This document shows, in pieces, positions 27,219 through 41,560 of a stretch of 64,000 bases of DNA; position 1 is the first letter of the stretch, and the number at the start of each line of letters is the position of its first letter. The notes beneath the pieces were generated by a model, which was given only the letters and a program-made list of their open reading frames with translations, ran no database searches and was not told the DNA's origin. The DNA lies in the NCBI GenBank assembly GCA_044892505.1, contig CM097882.1, positions 254,448,001-254,512,000 of the forward strand, read 5' to 3'. The translations under genes were made by a program, and so were the position numbers. The DNA is from Schmidtea nova. Taxonomy: Eukaryota.

Positions 27219-27653
27219 ATTTTAACCCATTGTTCTAGTGTTTCAATAAAGGAACATGACAGTTTCGATCCCATAATGCCTAATCTATACACCTGAATAT
27301 ATACCGGCAAACAACTAGGATCAATTAAGAGTTTTGTCACTATATTTTGATTGTCATAATTACGTTTTGAAAAATAAAATTTATCCAAACTTGTTTCTTG
27401 AAGTTTTCTTAACAAATACTACAGTAAATGGATTTGATTTTACTCTTAACAACTTATAAACATTTTTACATATAAATTTGCTGTCTTAAAATTTTTATCA
27501 GGGAAAAATATTCACTTGTCTTAAAAATTTTTGATCTATTATCTGGGAAAAATGAGTTCGAAAAAAGATCAAAAATGAAGAAGATTAAAGATTTTAATAT
27601 TTTAATAGATGAGATATTAAAATTGATTAAAAACCAATGGATTACACAATTAC

Positions 27654-30198
27654 CTAATCTTGACAATCCTTGTCCTCGGCAGTAAATATAAATGGCTATT
27701 CCTCCAACAACGATAACGATCAACATTATAGAAACGACTAGGAGTACCAAAATTATCGCATTGTTTGGCAATCCATTAGATTTGTTGGGAGTTCTAGGAT
27801 AATCTTTCGGGTTGATGTATTTAGAATTCATGCTGTTTTCATTGCTTCTATCATAAGAATCCTTTGGTTTTAAATAACGAATATACAAAGTTGTGGTTGT
27901 CGCCAATGAAGGCGTGCCTTGATCGCGAGCTTCAACGACCAGGCGATCTGGGTTTTTAACTTTGCTATCCAATTTTTTATTCAAAATAATCTGACCATCA
28001 CTTTGAATGGAAAACAATTCTTTAGTGTAATTCTGGTTTGCAAAGTTGTAGATAACTGATCCATTCAGTCCAAAGTCATCATCAGTTGCTTTAACTTCAC
28101 CGACAATTGCACCTGCCACCATATCATCTGTAATATTGAGAAAGTAATAACCATTAACTATTGGAAACGTAAATTTCGGCCTATTATCATTCACATCCAA
28201 CACTTCAATATGAATTGTGGTCGTTGCTGTACGAGATGGATAACCATTGTCAATGACTTCAACTAACATTTCGATTTTGTCGACTTTTTCACGATCTATA
28301 TTTCCAAAATATATGATTTTACCATCACTGTACACTTGAATCTCATTTAGAGTTGATCTCGATTTCACTTTAAACATAAATGTCCCATTCTGTCCAATGT
28401 CTCTATCAGAAGCGTTGAGGTTTCCAATATTGAAATGATTATGATCTTTGTCCCAGCTTTCAATGATTTTAAACGAATGCGTCGAGCTGATTTCTGGTGT
28501 GTTATCATTAACATCTAACACAATGATTCGGATTTTGCACGAGTCGTTAAGTGTCGGTTCTCCATTGTCTTTTGCTTCAACAGTGAATTCATATCGATCT
28601 TTCACCTCTCGATCGAGTATCTTGTTCAAATGAATTTGTCCATTGTGATTAATACCGAAAGTATCTTTCACTTCATAATCACCATTAATTGAATACGTTA
28701 TAATATTATTAGGACTCGAATCACTATCTCTCGCAGTGACACTTCCGATTTCATGTCCGATTTTGGCATCTTCTGATATTGAAAACGTTTTGAATTCATT
28801 TTCAAACCGTGGTGGATTATCGTTTTCATCCGAAATGAAAATAGTTATAATTTCACTTGAACTCATTGTCGGCGTACCATTATCGCTGCAGATTATTTCC
28901 ACAGAATACCGAGAGGTTTTCTCTCTATCAAAAAACGTTCCGGGAATGCTGTTTAAAAGGAAAATTTTTTTCTGACCACCATTCTCCATTGGAATTGAAT
29001 ATATTGAATCCAAACTAACATAATTCGTGTCATTCAATGAACAACTGAATTCACTATTAATCCCTTGATCCTCATCGATTACCGTGATCCTTGTCACCAA
29101 AATCTTTGATTTTTCATTTTCCTTTATCTTTAAACTTGAACTATGCACTTTTATTACGGGCTTATGATCATTGCAATCTCTAATATCCAACTCAATTGTC
29201 GTTTCATTGCTTCTGCCTTCCCCATCGGCAGCAATCACAACAATTGATGCTTTATTCTGTTTGAATGATTTCAAAGCTCCAATATTCAAATAAAGAATAC
29301 TATCCGTTATATAAAAGATCCTTATTATCATTTCATAATTCGGGGAATTCTCGCTAATTTTGAATCGAATTTGTCCTCCTACGGTTTGTGGATCGTCTTT
29401 GTCTTGGGCATTCAATTGGAGGATTTTTGCTTCTGTCGTACATTCGGAAATCTCTTTCCGATAAGGAAGTCCCACCCATTGGGGAGTGTTGTCATTAACA
29501 TCGGTTATTTCAACAGTTATTCGGCATTTGCCTTGATTTCCACTGCCATCACTGGCGTAGAGATGGAATTCAAAACTTTTAATATTCTCTCGATCTAGAT
29601 CACCGACTACTTTCAAATAAGGATTACGATTGCTTGGATTATTAATTAACTTAAAGTATTGTTCATATATCGAAGAACCGATAGACTTTAAATAGTAATT
29701 TTTAACTCCGAATTTTTCACTATCTCTGTCTTTCGCTACAGGCAAAGGGAACTCAGTTAATCTCGCGACGTTTTCCGGGATTTTAATTGTCTTTTCATCA
29801 GGTTGAAACGATGGAAAGTTATCATTGATATCGATGATTTCGATTTGCAGTTCGAAGATTTGGTTTTCAACAAAAATTAAATAATTCAAAAATGCACCTG
29901 CCGAACACTTATTAATTGGTTGGCAGATTTCTTCTCTGTCTATTGCTGACTGAACCCAAATGTCGCCTTTTTTCGAATCAATACTGATTAAATTTCGACC
30001 GAAAATGTTTGACTTTTCCGACTCTAATACAAATGATTTATTTTTCAGATTGTCTGTAGATTTTGTTTGATTTTGAATTAATTTAATCAAATTCCCAATC
30101 GGACTGTTTGGTTTTTGATTTTCTTCAACAGATAAATACAATTTCACAGAAAATACAGTTTTCATAACTGTATAAAATAAAAATAGCTGCCATAACAT
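27654..30198 (-). CDS. Protocadherin (7 cadherin repeats, delta-1-like): signal peptide, ectodomain and TM in one exon
   Basis: Signal peptide; repeated DRE, DxD and DxNDNxP motifs; TM ILVLLVVSIMLIVIVVGGIAIYIYC. Donor AG|GTAATT at 27654/27653, so the ORF-track tail to 27466 is probably intron read-through. Confidence 0.96.
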
Positions 30199-31654
30199 TC
30201 TACATATTAGAAGGGGAAAATATTTTAATCATTAAAATACTAATATTAATAAAATATTTACTTGAACATAATCCAAATTAGAATTTACAATTATACTTTC
30301 TTCAGATTGATGATTGATTTAGCAATTTTTTTTATTAAATCACGTTTTATATTTATATCAAATTTCATTGGTTTATTTTATTTAGCAGTTCGCCAATAGT
30401 TAAAAAGATGTTGAATATATGATTGAATGAAGTGCTGCACAAAACGACTGACTCATTTCGATACAATAAAGGAAATATACATGTAAATAATGCTAAACAT
30501 GAAGTTGCATGCGAGTCGAAATTCAGCATGCTTTTCTCCTTGTTATTCGACAAGTACATGAATTAATTTGATATTTGTATTTGATTTTCAGCGATGTGCT
30601 TGTATGTATGTATTTATTTGTTCACTAATTATATTTAATGAATACAAAGTACAATGGCGGAATTTGTAATCTTGACTGGTGAAATGAAATAAAGAAATAT
30701 AGTGCAATGTCAGACGAATTTTCATAAACAATAACACTAATGGTGGCATTTATTTACGATATATACTTGATCATGTCGTTAATTGAACACATTTGAAAAT
30801 AAACTGTTCAAATGTACTAAAGTTGCAATGAATACGTACATGTATATATTGCATAGCTTTAATGTGTCTAACAATGAAGTGAATTTATAAATATCATATC
30901 ATAAATTCGTTTCTATTTAAACATATTTAGCTATTTAATTATTAGATTAAAATTATTTATATTTAATAATAATAAATTATATAATTTAAATTTTTGTTGG
31001 ATGTATTGAAACTTTGTATACCACAGAGTATTTAAATTTGATTGTTGTTTTAAGTTTTTTGTCTTTATTTTAACTCATCTTAAAGTTTGTTATGGAAATA
31101 ATTTGATGATTTTTTATTTCCCACTATGAATAATTTCACATATGTTTCTGGTGATAATTTTAAATTGACTTTAAAAATAATATTTGATAAGTTGTAAAAT
31201 GAATTAAGAGCTGCAAAAGTGTTTGTTTATTTTTCGAAAACATTTTATTTTCAACTTTTCTTTTTATTAACTTTAATTATATTTTTCAAGGCCAGGCATA
31301 AAGAGATAATACGGGAATCCGTCCCGTACCCCAATTTATTGTTAGAAAAAAAACAATTTATATTTGCATACACATAATTCAACAGTTTGAAAAAATGATT
31401 TAGTGTTCTGAAAGGAATTAAAAATTTTTTATGATCAATAATGTCTTAGAGCAACTAAATGGATTGGTAATACTCAACATTAATTACCAAATTACTATTA
31501 TTTTAGATTATTCCGAAATAAAAACTGAATTTCCCAATTGGTTATTGTTTATTACTCATTAATGTAATTTTCATTTATTTGTTCAAATTTAATTAAGCTT
31601 CGCTCGAGTTCTATTAAAATTTAATTGATTACTGTAGTCCTTACGTCATATATA

Positions 31655-32646
31655 TGTTGGGTTCTGGGGTGTTGGTGAAATGGTAAAAGTTACCAATCAA
31701 ATATCTGACTCCAAGCGTGCCTTTTAATTGACCACAATAACAATTACCACTGGAAAATTTTATTGAATACTACAAATATTTTCTTTGACACTGAATTGAC
31801 CAAAATCAACAGACCAACAACTGATTATACGGTGCTTATTACGACACGATGGTGAAGAATAGCACTTTGTATAATCTTGGCTCAAACGATCACTCACCAC
31901 TGAGGGGTATAACAATTGGTAATTTAACTGGTTGTTTTCTGGGTTTGACTTGGATTTACTGGTTGAGTTTTACTCTATTATTAATCGATGATAACGGGTT
32001 TCACTCAATTTTCTGTCACATCCTTTATTTCTGATTTAATATTTCGTTGTATTTTCTTCGTATTATTTTCTAAATCTTCTCTTTCAGTTTCCTCTGGCTT
32101 CACACAATCTTTCAATCTCTCCAATAATTTCCTTGGTATTTTCTTAAATCTTCTACCAAAACTTCTGATTACTATGTTCTGATTTTTTTCTGCTGAGCTT
32201 CCTTTTCTATATCTCGTCATTATTGTGGTACTTCAGTTTATCTTGTTTTCCCCATCTTTCGTCCACTTAGTTCCCTGACCATTTTTTGCAACGGAGTTAT
32301 CTTTCACAGCTGTCAAGATATTCTCTGTTTTCCTTTTGGCCGCTTCAGCCTGTTTTTATTTTTGTTTTTATTATCTTTGACAGGCTGTCGAGATAAGTAC
32401 ATTATTTTGTTTTTTGTTTTTCCCGATTTAAATTCCTTTTCCTTTTGCACTAATTAATTAGTGCTGACCTTTGTCTTTGTTTTCTTGTCTAATTTCTTTT
32501 GTCTGGTTCCTTCTTCTCATTTCTCATTTCTTTTTATTTCTGTTTTCTTTTTCGAGTTCCCATTGATCGTCTCCTTCGTCATGACGATTTTCCCCCAGGT
32601 AATTTTATTTATTTATTTATAAATTAGTAATTTAGGTTTCCTCAAT

Positions 32647-32691
<45 letters not shown>

Positions 32692-33582
32692 GTTTGTGCA
32701 GGGTTAAATTGTGAATGTCTATTTTGTTGTTAAAGTTTACTGTTTAGGTTAGTTCTTTTTGACTTGTAATCGTTGTGTGCTTAAGGATTTGTAAGAGCCC
32801 AAAAGAGTCTCCTAAAACTTATTGTGGGGACAATTGGGATGCCTGCTTGTGTAATGTAGGTTTTCTGCAACAATTGAATATCAGGAAACGTACAACACAA
32901 TATAAATCAAAAAAAAACTATATTTTAATAAAAACTGTATTTTAGCGATAATTTACAAATCTAGAACCACGAAAAAATTACTTTGATATCGGTGAAAATA
33001 TTTCTTTTGTCTCTTTGAATACTCTTTTAAAGATCAGCCTTAGTTTCAAATGATGTCACGGATTTTTCTCTAACAATTTTGATATTGGGAAAAATATTTC
33101 TTTTGACTCTTTGAATACTCTTTTAAAGATCAGCTTTGATATTGGTGAAAATATTTCTTTCGACTCTTTGAATACTCTTTTAAAGATCAGCATTAGTTTC
33201 AAATGATTTCACGAATTATTCTTTAAAAATATTCAATATGTTTTCTGTAGAAGATAATTAATTCTTTGATTGTTCGTTTCGAATTTTTTCTTCAAATTCC
33301 TATCGTAATTTAATTCTTTGCCTATTGACTTTCGAATCTTCCCTAGTTTTATTTTTTCCTTAGTAATTTTTTTAATTGTCAATCCGTATTGATTTTCTTT
33401 TCTTTTTAATATTTTAATTTTCAAATTTTAACTTTTATTATAATCTTAATAATAATAAAAATTATGCAAAAACTACAAGGGGGGGTTCCACGTGTGTCAC
33501 AATAATTACGACAAAAAGTAATAGAGACAATAAAAAAAATTAAACACATATTACAAGAAAAATTAAAAATTTACAACTCATT

Positions 33583-33635
<53 letters not shown>

Positions 33636-33894
33636 GCAGTTGTTTTAATAAGAAAAAGCACTAGGAGAATTTAAAATTAGAAAAAATATGCACGTTAAGA
33701 AGATGGATTCAAATTAAGATATGTAATCAGGTACAGTTAAAGCACAACGCAAACCCAGAAACTTTTGCACAGTTATTAAAAAGAAGAAGCAATTTAAATG
33801 AAAAATAAATTTTTTACTAATGTTTTATTTCAATTTAATTTTTTATCTAATTCAATCAAACGCATAATGGGGTACCGAAATAAAGAGCCCAACA
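31655..33894 (+). mobile_element. Candidate long 5' LTR of a Gypsy element
   Basis: Starts TGTTGGGTTCT and ends AGAGCCCAACA (terminal inverted repeat); AATAAA just before the end; followed 2 nt later by a PBS. Confidence 0.6.
32962..33215. repeat. Three copies of a ~55-bp unit (TTTGATATTGGTGAAAATATTTCTTTTGACTCTTTGAATACTCTTTTAAAGATCAGC)
   Basis: Directly visible tandem duplication. Confidence 0.85.
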
Positions 33895-33896
33895 AT

Positions 33897-33907
33897 TGGT
33901 GTCAGAA
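33897..33907 (+). promoter_or_regulatory. Primer-binding site TGGTGTCAGAA (tRNA-Leu type)
   Basis: Complementary to a tRNA 3' end (...UUCUGACACCA), positioned CA-AT-TGG after the LTR end. Confidence 0.8.
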
Positions 33908-33933
33908 CTGACAACTTTCAGAAGCAGAATACG

Positions 33934-34996
33934 TTGCACTACCATTCGTCAGATCACGTTTATCGACATTCGCCAAACATCCATGTTCAACAGCAGCAAT
34001 CCCAGCAACAGGCACAACAGCATAATTACAGTCCAATGTTTCAGTCACATCAAAATTCCATGTCTACTCATTCAATGATTAATCAACAGCCTGGCCACTA
34101 TGTAATCGCGTCTTCGCAATATCAATCATATTCTGATCAACAATTGCCCATTAATACTACCAATAATGGGCCTTTCCAACGGAATGTTCACCAAATGATT
34201 TATCAACATTGAGCAGCACCAAATGTTAATGCACAAATGCAAATCCAACAACAACATCAAATATCTCAACCGACTAGTCCTATGAATACGGATGCCTCTA
34301 ATAACCAAAGCGACATGCCAGGAACTAACAATACGACAGCAGCATCAATTTCAAGTAACCAATCTTATGATAATATGTTTACCAATGACAATACATGACA
34401 ATACATATCATTTATTATATTTCTTTGAAGCGTATAAACAATTTTGTTGAGTTGAAATTTATTGTAAATTTTATCGGTCAATATTATAGTTGAAATATAT
34501 CTTACAAAAGCAGTATTGTCTTATTTATTTATATAGGACACCATCCCCAGTTGGGATTTCAAATGCAAATATTTGGAACCTCAACACCTGCTGAATTGAT
34601 AGCAGAACTAGCCCCGAAAATCGTTGATGTTCTTGACGCCGGAAATCAATATGAAAGCCTAAAAAATCTCATTACGACCAAATACAATTCTTCACAGACC
34701 CAAGCTCTGCAAAAACTATTAGCACCACAGATTTACTCAGGCCAACAGCCTAGCCTCTCTTGGCAGAGATATTTTGTTCAAACGACAAGGCAGAACCCGG
34801 TCTTTCTAAAAATGCACCTCTATTGACACATCCATACCATTTACAAACTTCGCTGGCATTGGTCGACTCTGAAGACCCAAATCACTTCGCTAAGATTGCC
34901 ATCCGCATTTGCCATCCGCCTCGTAAGCAGGTTGGTATGTTCAATACTCCCTTAGCCAGTAAGAAAGTTACAATCCCCTCAAACTTGTTACAATGA
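33934..34996 (+). pseudogene. gag: Gypsy gag remnant with a Gln-rich leader
   Basis: AELAPKIVDVL...NQYESLKNLITTKYNSSQTQALQKLL...SGQQPS matches the Gypsy gag pattern YxxLKxxLxxRxxxSxxQxLxxLL...DxKPS; frameshifted. Confidence 0.65.
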
Positions 34997-35665
34997 AATA
35001 AAAAGTTGTAACTTACATGGACAATATTAAAAAAATTTAATATTTTATATGACAAGTTTTCTTTGTTAGACGGTTATTTTTAGTGTACATAATCATTTTT
35101 TAATTACATTTTAATTATACGGTAAACAACGCAATTTAACCTAAATAACTATATTTAATTAATTATGAATAAATCATAAATGTTTGGATTATAATTATTT
35201 ATAAAGATTTTATATATTTATATTACATCATTTTTCTTAGTTGTATATTTTTAAGTCCCTAATTTATTATATATTTCTTATTTTTGAATATTCCATAATG
35301 CCACATGGAGTGCACAAATAAAAAAGGTTTAGTGGATGCGAGCAGCGAAAAGCAAACAAGAAAAAATGTGAATCACTAAAATCACTACCTGGATTCATGC
35401 TTTAATATGTCAAGAGACCAAGTGATGGCCAAGGTTCATCAAAAGACGTTCTTCCTCAATCTACAATTGATACGGATTCCTCCAATGCTGACAGCATGCA
35501 TTCTTCAAAAGAGCAACTACTGCCAGAAATGGAAGAGAATCACGGAATTTATGCAGAAATACATAATGAAATAGCAGTGGATGAAGTTGAAACAGAAATA
35601 CATGCTGAAAATGATTCTCATCATGATATTGTAAATGTGATGAGTCAAGTGGATGATAAAAATTG

Positions 35666-35752
<87 letters not shown>

Positions 35753-36538
35753 CAATTCTGTTTTTACATGGTCTTTTTTTGCACGATTTTGAAAAAACAC
35801 GGTTGAAGAAATATAAAAAATCTTAATTTTACACGATTTGATTTTTTTACACAGACAAAAATTATACTTCTAAAAAAATTCACAAAAATAATGTATGAAA
35901 TATTTTGTGATTTGGTTATAATGTACATAGGCCAGCCATGGTGTGTTAAAAAATTAATAAGATTTTATTTTAATTAATTAATATTATAATATGTATGTTT
36001 TAATTTGAATGAAGCTACGATCAGAACAATTCATAAAAATGGAACCGCTATAAGACAATCGGTGACATCTTGTTCAAAATTGAGCGCTAAATGTTCTCCA
36101 TATACTAGAGATGTAATTGTAGAAAGAACGGAACAGGTGTTGGTAATAATAATTAAATATGTATGGATATATTTACTAAATTACAAAACTTGATTTTGAT
36201 TCTTTAATTTATAATTTTTGTAGGAGTTTGTGTATATTAAATTTCATGAATTCCTTCCGTCCATGTTTCAGTTAAATCGTAAGATTATTAAAGTCATTTA
36301 TTTATAATAATATATGAAAATATTATAATTTTGTGTAACAGTCAACGAACAATTTTTTATATTTGTTCTAAATATTTTTTTACATATATTACGTAATTGA
36401 TAACTGTTGAGCAATATTTACAATTGGCAAAATTAAATGTTTGTTTAATATACACGAAAAACTTATACAATATTCTCCCATTCAAATTTTTTATTTTAAA
36501 TAATTAAGTAAAATTTACGAGAACCCCGATATTATTCT

Positions 36539-39500
36539 TGTTGGGCCAGCCAAATAGGGCCTGCAAGTAGATGAATTAAAAATAATAAATATATAAATAA
36601 AAATAGTAATTACCCAGAATCGAAACAAGACCTGAAAGATAAAAATGAAGAAAAATAGATAAGTATCAATAAAAAACAGTAATAACAAAAATATCTACGA
36701 ATTACCATTGAGAGCAGGGAAGGCGAGATACCTGAAAACAATTACAATTAAGTCACAAAAAACATTAATAATAAAAGTACATAAATTTAATAATTATTAC
36801 ATGCAATAACGTATTAAGACTAGGAATGCATAAAGTAAAGAGAAATCAACTAATGAAAAATAAATAAATTACCTGAAAACGCAAGTCACCTTCAAATAAG
36901 TAACCGAATTAAATAAAACAAATATTTGAGAAAATATTTACCCAACTGGAATAGAAATAATTTCTGAAAAATGGAAATAATTTAAAGTATGAATTGTTTG
37001 GTAAACAAATAAATATTTACCAATTAGTATAGGAATAAAGCCCTCTGATTGGCTGCCCGAAACTGTCAACTGGTATAAATACCAGTGTTGAAATCAGTCG
37101 AATAGACTTATACCTATATACCTTTTGAGAAGTGTTAGACAAAGTTTTGAGACATATTTTTGTGAACTGATCGATCATTGTGTTTTGAAATCATTTGATA
37201 TCGTAACGATTAGTGTACTTACCTTTGTGGAGTTAACTACAGAAATAAAAGGTATTTATTGGTTATAATTGTTATGATTGTTATGATTGTTATTTTTTGA
37301 TTATTATTCGGTTAACAACTCATTGTTTTTATTCAAAATCGATAAGAGCACGTCCTGATGGTCTCGCGACCTAATGGGCAAAAATTGGCTTCTCGTTCCG
37401 ACTCCTTTTGGGAAGTTGGGTGATGCGGCAGAGGTATTCTTGCGGGTAGAAGGTGACATGTTCAGAGATACCAACAATACTGAATTGGGTTAGATCCCAT
37501 AAAAGTAATTGTAAGTGCATAAATATTTACACGAGCGACTAATACGAAATTTTCCGAATTAATCGAATTGTTTACAACTACGAAAAACGAAGGTGAAATC
37601 AATAATAGTCGTTAACAAATAACCTTGAAGAGAGACCAAATTTTGGATCAACTCCTTGTGGTATAGGGTTGCTGCAGTTATTGCTATTAGTCGAAGGGTT
37701 GAGTTGATAGACATTATCTTTCTCTACCTAGATGTAAATATCGATTTAAAGCAGTTATTGACATAAGTGATTTATATACGGGGAAATCATATAATTGATC
37801 CAGTTATTTTTCTTTTTCCCAGAGCATTGATGGTAAGGTGATAATTCAGTTTAATTTATTCGTCGATAAACATTTTTTAAATTTGTAGGATATTGAAAAT
37901 GCAAAGAAACGCTCAACGATCTAGGTACCTCGTTTATTTTCGGAATGGAAGAATTTTGGCCGCTCAAAGATCTAGCACAAAAAGGGCGCGACGACGCCCA
38001 TCACCACAAGTGGATGTGGCGACACCAGTTCAAATCACCAACCCCATTCGGGATATTGGAAAGAGATACGGACGATATATGATATGAAGATGGTCTCCGA
38101 TGGCCCTCCACAGTCAGAACCCGATAGCGCCAAATGGTTCGTAGTCCTCTGAGATGAATCCAACGTGCCGCATGGCTCGTATTATTCAGCGATATTAAGG
38201 TTCAGGAGTTCAGCGCCCTCAGATTCATATTATTAGATAGACCGTGTCACCTGGTTACTGGAGAGCTCCAGGAGTACTCTAACCTCCCATTCAAGTTCCA
38301 GGAAGGATGGAAGGAAAAATCTAAATGGGCAGCACATATACTGATTCAGCGGATCTTTTTGTACAATTCATATCTCTGCTGGAAGCCCAACTAAAGGATT
38401 TATGGCACGGATGGAATTGCCAAAACGGAAGCCGAATGTATGCAAGACTGGATCTGCGACGTCCGATACGACGAACGGGATTTTATTCGTTACTCAAGCA
38501 AAATTAATGAACCATAATTGACTGTGTGATTTGTTTATTTTAATAATTAATCTACAGTTGATAGTTAATTTTAGTTTTGAGTTTGAATGGTGTTAGTATG
38601 ATGTGTTCGTTTTAGAAAATGGTCAGTATGTTTGAATTGATACTTGTTCAGTATAACTGATGACGTTTGGTGTGTGCATAGAGTATAATAATTCAGGGGA
38701 TAATGACAATGAGTAGAGAAAAACCATTTGAAATTAGGATGTTTTTTTGGAATATACTAAGGGAAAGGGTATTAGGATAGAAGGGGGCATAATAGACCAA
38801 ATTTTTGAGTGGCGATAATTAACACAAAATATGTATATTTTAATTGTATATGCAAAGACATATCAAAGTGACCAAGGAAGTGCGACAGTTGACCGCCAAA
38901 CTGAGGGACAATAATTAAATGCTAACGAAAAAGGTGGCCCGTTTAATGCAGTTCGACGGGGAGCTATGTCGAACCAGGTTTACTCCGTCAGAAATGAAGG
39001 CTGCGATGCAAAGTATCGACAGGTTGAATCAAGTCCTGAGCGAGCATGCGAAGGAACTGTCAGCAACCCAACTAGAATTAAATCGATGCCTCAGAACCAT
39101 TTCATCGGAGTTCATAACGCAGCACCTCACAAATCAAATTCGGCCAATCACATTGGAGAAATGGACGAACAGCAGATTATGGACAAATGAGACTCAACCC
39201 GATTTTCCGTCGACCAACCAGCTCACATCGTCAGCGGAAATTCTCGCTGACCTGCCGAAGTCGAAGTCGAAGAAACGAAACTGAGTCGAGAGCGTTGAGC
39301 TTTTGCCGGACGACTCAGCATACAAGTGGATTTATTGAGGGGATTGTTTGAGAAACAGCTGATAAGTTTAATTGACCCCAACATGTTTTGTGAATTAACG
39401 TATATCTCAAACCTTGTTTGTGTATGATTTCAATTGGATATGGATGAAGTGTTTGTTTGATGAATTTGTGTATTAAATAGTAATTTTAGATACGACAACA

Positions 39501-39820
39501 AAAGGTCTTCTATCAACCGAACGAACGCGTATGGACAAGAGGGTTAATAGTAACTACCTAGATTGCTCACCTGCCCTCTTGACATACACCCGTTGGTGCA
39601 GTTTCAACGTGAGGTCCAATTAGGGGTATCTCACGGGCACCATCGCGCGGTTTACAATTTTACCCTAATAAAACATCCATAAACTCAATGTTCTTAATTG
39701 CTTAACTATCTTAGGTTCCTATAAGTTACTTAAATAATAGATCTGGATTTGATTTTTCTAATTTTTTGAAGACCATCAGCAGATTATGGACAAATGAGAC
39801 TCAGCCCGATCTTTCCTTTA
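36539..39820 (+). mobile_element. Unclassified, relatively GC-rich cassette with a CCAAT/TATA promoter and orphan ORFs (possibly part of a large retroelement)
   Basis: Starts TGTTGGG; GATTGG at ~37049 and TATAAATA at ~37073; ORF 38919-39284; a 40-bp internal duplication (39170 vs 39777). Confidence 0.35.
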
Positions 39821-40409
39821 GCCCGTTTTAAAAATTTAGAGAGGTCTTTTGTTTATTTTTGCCAAACGTTTTCCAACAGTGCTTAAAAGTTGAAAAGTAC
39901 AGGATTAAAAGTGCGGGTGAAAATAGAATGCTAGGAAAATTGCAATGTATAATTTCTAGATCAACACCAAGACAGCTTGATTATTGTTCGTTGCAATTAC
40001 ATTGGACTCGTATTCTTCTTTAGTCACAATATTGTTTTTTTATAAATAACAAGATTTAATTCCAAAAATTATATTCATAAAATCATATTATTCAAACAAT
40101 ATTAATCGATAATATTATTTGAATATTTTTTTCTGAAGCATCGATAATTTTTCTGAGCTAAGATTCAACATTATGTAATTCAGCATACTTATTATATATT
40201 ATATTTTCAATTTTATTTAAAATTAATATATTTTACTCTTATTTTTTGAATTTAATAAAATTTTTAACCTTAATTTTTAATAATAATATCAATAATTACC
40301 ATAATGGTAAGACTATAGATCAAAATCTTTTTAAACAAGTACTAAATATTTCGGTACAGCTTTTATCAAGTGTGTATTTAAACCCATATTTATTAAATTT
40401 AATTTATCA

Positions 40410-41560
40410 AATTTTAAAATATTTTTATTAACACCTCACATCCTCTTTTTTTAAATGTTTCATCTTTTCGATATTTCTTATTATGGTTTTGCCTTCTTCA
40501 TTTTCTAACAAATAGCTACTTTTGTGAATTTTTTATATGGTCCTTCAAATCTTTCTTGGTCTTTATTTCGAATCTCACACTTTATTAATACAGTATTTCA
40601 TATAATGAAATTTCTTATTGTTTTGATCTTTTTTGCATTTGTTACTTCCGTGTCCTTGCTCTTTATCTTTCTTTCTTTATTTATTGAAGTACTGCTATAC
40701 CATTTTGATCTGTTAATTCTCCTTCCAAAAATGATTACTGCTGGACTTACCCCAAATTTTTTCTGCATTGTCGCATTCAAGGTCTATTCAATTGCCGGTA
40801 ATATCTCTGCCAACCTTTTCTACTTTTTTCTTTTAGCGACGCGTAAATATAATCTCTGATTGTGCGAAGCTACCTTTCTATTAATCCTTTGGTGTTATGG
40901 TGATATGGGCTTGAAAACACTTTCAATTTTTGTTGACTTTGCCAATTCTGTTATACCGTTTGATTCAAAACATTACCCACAGCCTACATACAGTTCTTTT
41001 GGTGCTCCAAATCTTAATAGCTATCTGTTTAGAAAATCTTTCAATATTGTTTTTTTCATCTTATTTAGCTATAGCAGACAGAGAAATATATTTACTGTAA
41101 TGGTCAATGATACCACATATGTATCTTGATTGATTGTTTCTTTTATCGGTCCACATATATCCATATATATATATCATCTCAAATGGTTCCGAATTTATGG
41201 TTGTTTTAGTTTCTTCTTTTGTCTTTATGGCAAGTGTCTTCATTTTCTGACAAGCAATACAGTTTTCAATTACTGATTTTACTTCTTTTACCAAATATTA
41301 CATGTCGAAATTTTGTTGGATATAGTTTGTTACTTTCTGTGTTCCGGCATTGCATAGCATTGAATGCGACTCCTTGATCATATTTCCTCTTTTCGATTTT
41401 GGTATCTATAGTTTGTTCTTGTTCGTATAGATCGTATTCTCTTTTATGATGAATCTTCCGTTCTTTAACTTTTCTATTTCATTCTATATTTCTTTTATCT
41501 CATCATTATTGTTTTGCCACTTATTTACGCGCATGTAATATATACTTTGTAGGTATAAAT
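40410..41560 (-). pseudogene. Gypsy-type integrase pseudogene
   Basis: CIACQKMK zinc-binding end, GIIDHYSKYISL, RFGAPKE, LNATMQKKFGVSPAVIIFGR, ERFEGPY. Confidence 0.88.

Noticed and set aside
28448-29598. Plus-strand ORFs within the protocadherin
   Set aside because: Antisense shadows of a long coding exon.
32962-33215. CRISPR-like array (also 51215-51345 and 46830-46980)
   Set aside because: Eukaryotic context, no unique regularly sized spacers, no cas genes; ordinary tandem repeats.
35669-35750. Poly-(IY) ORFs (also 51454-51666)
   Set aside because: Translation of (TA)n microsatellites.
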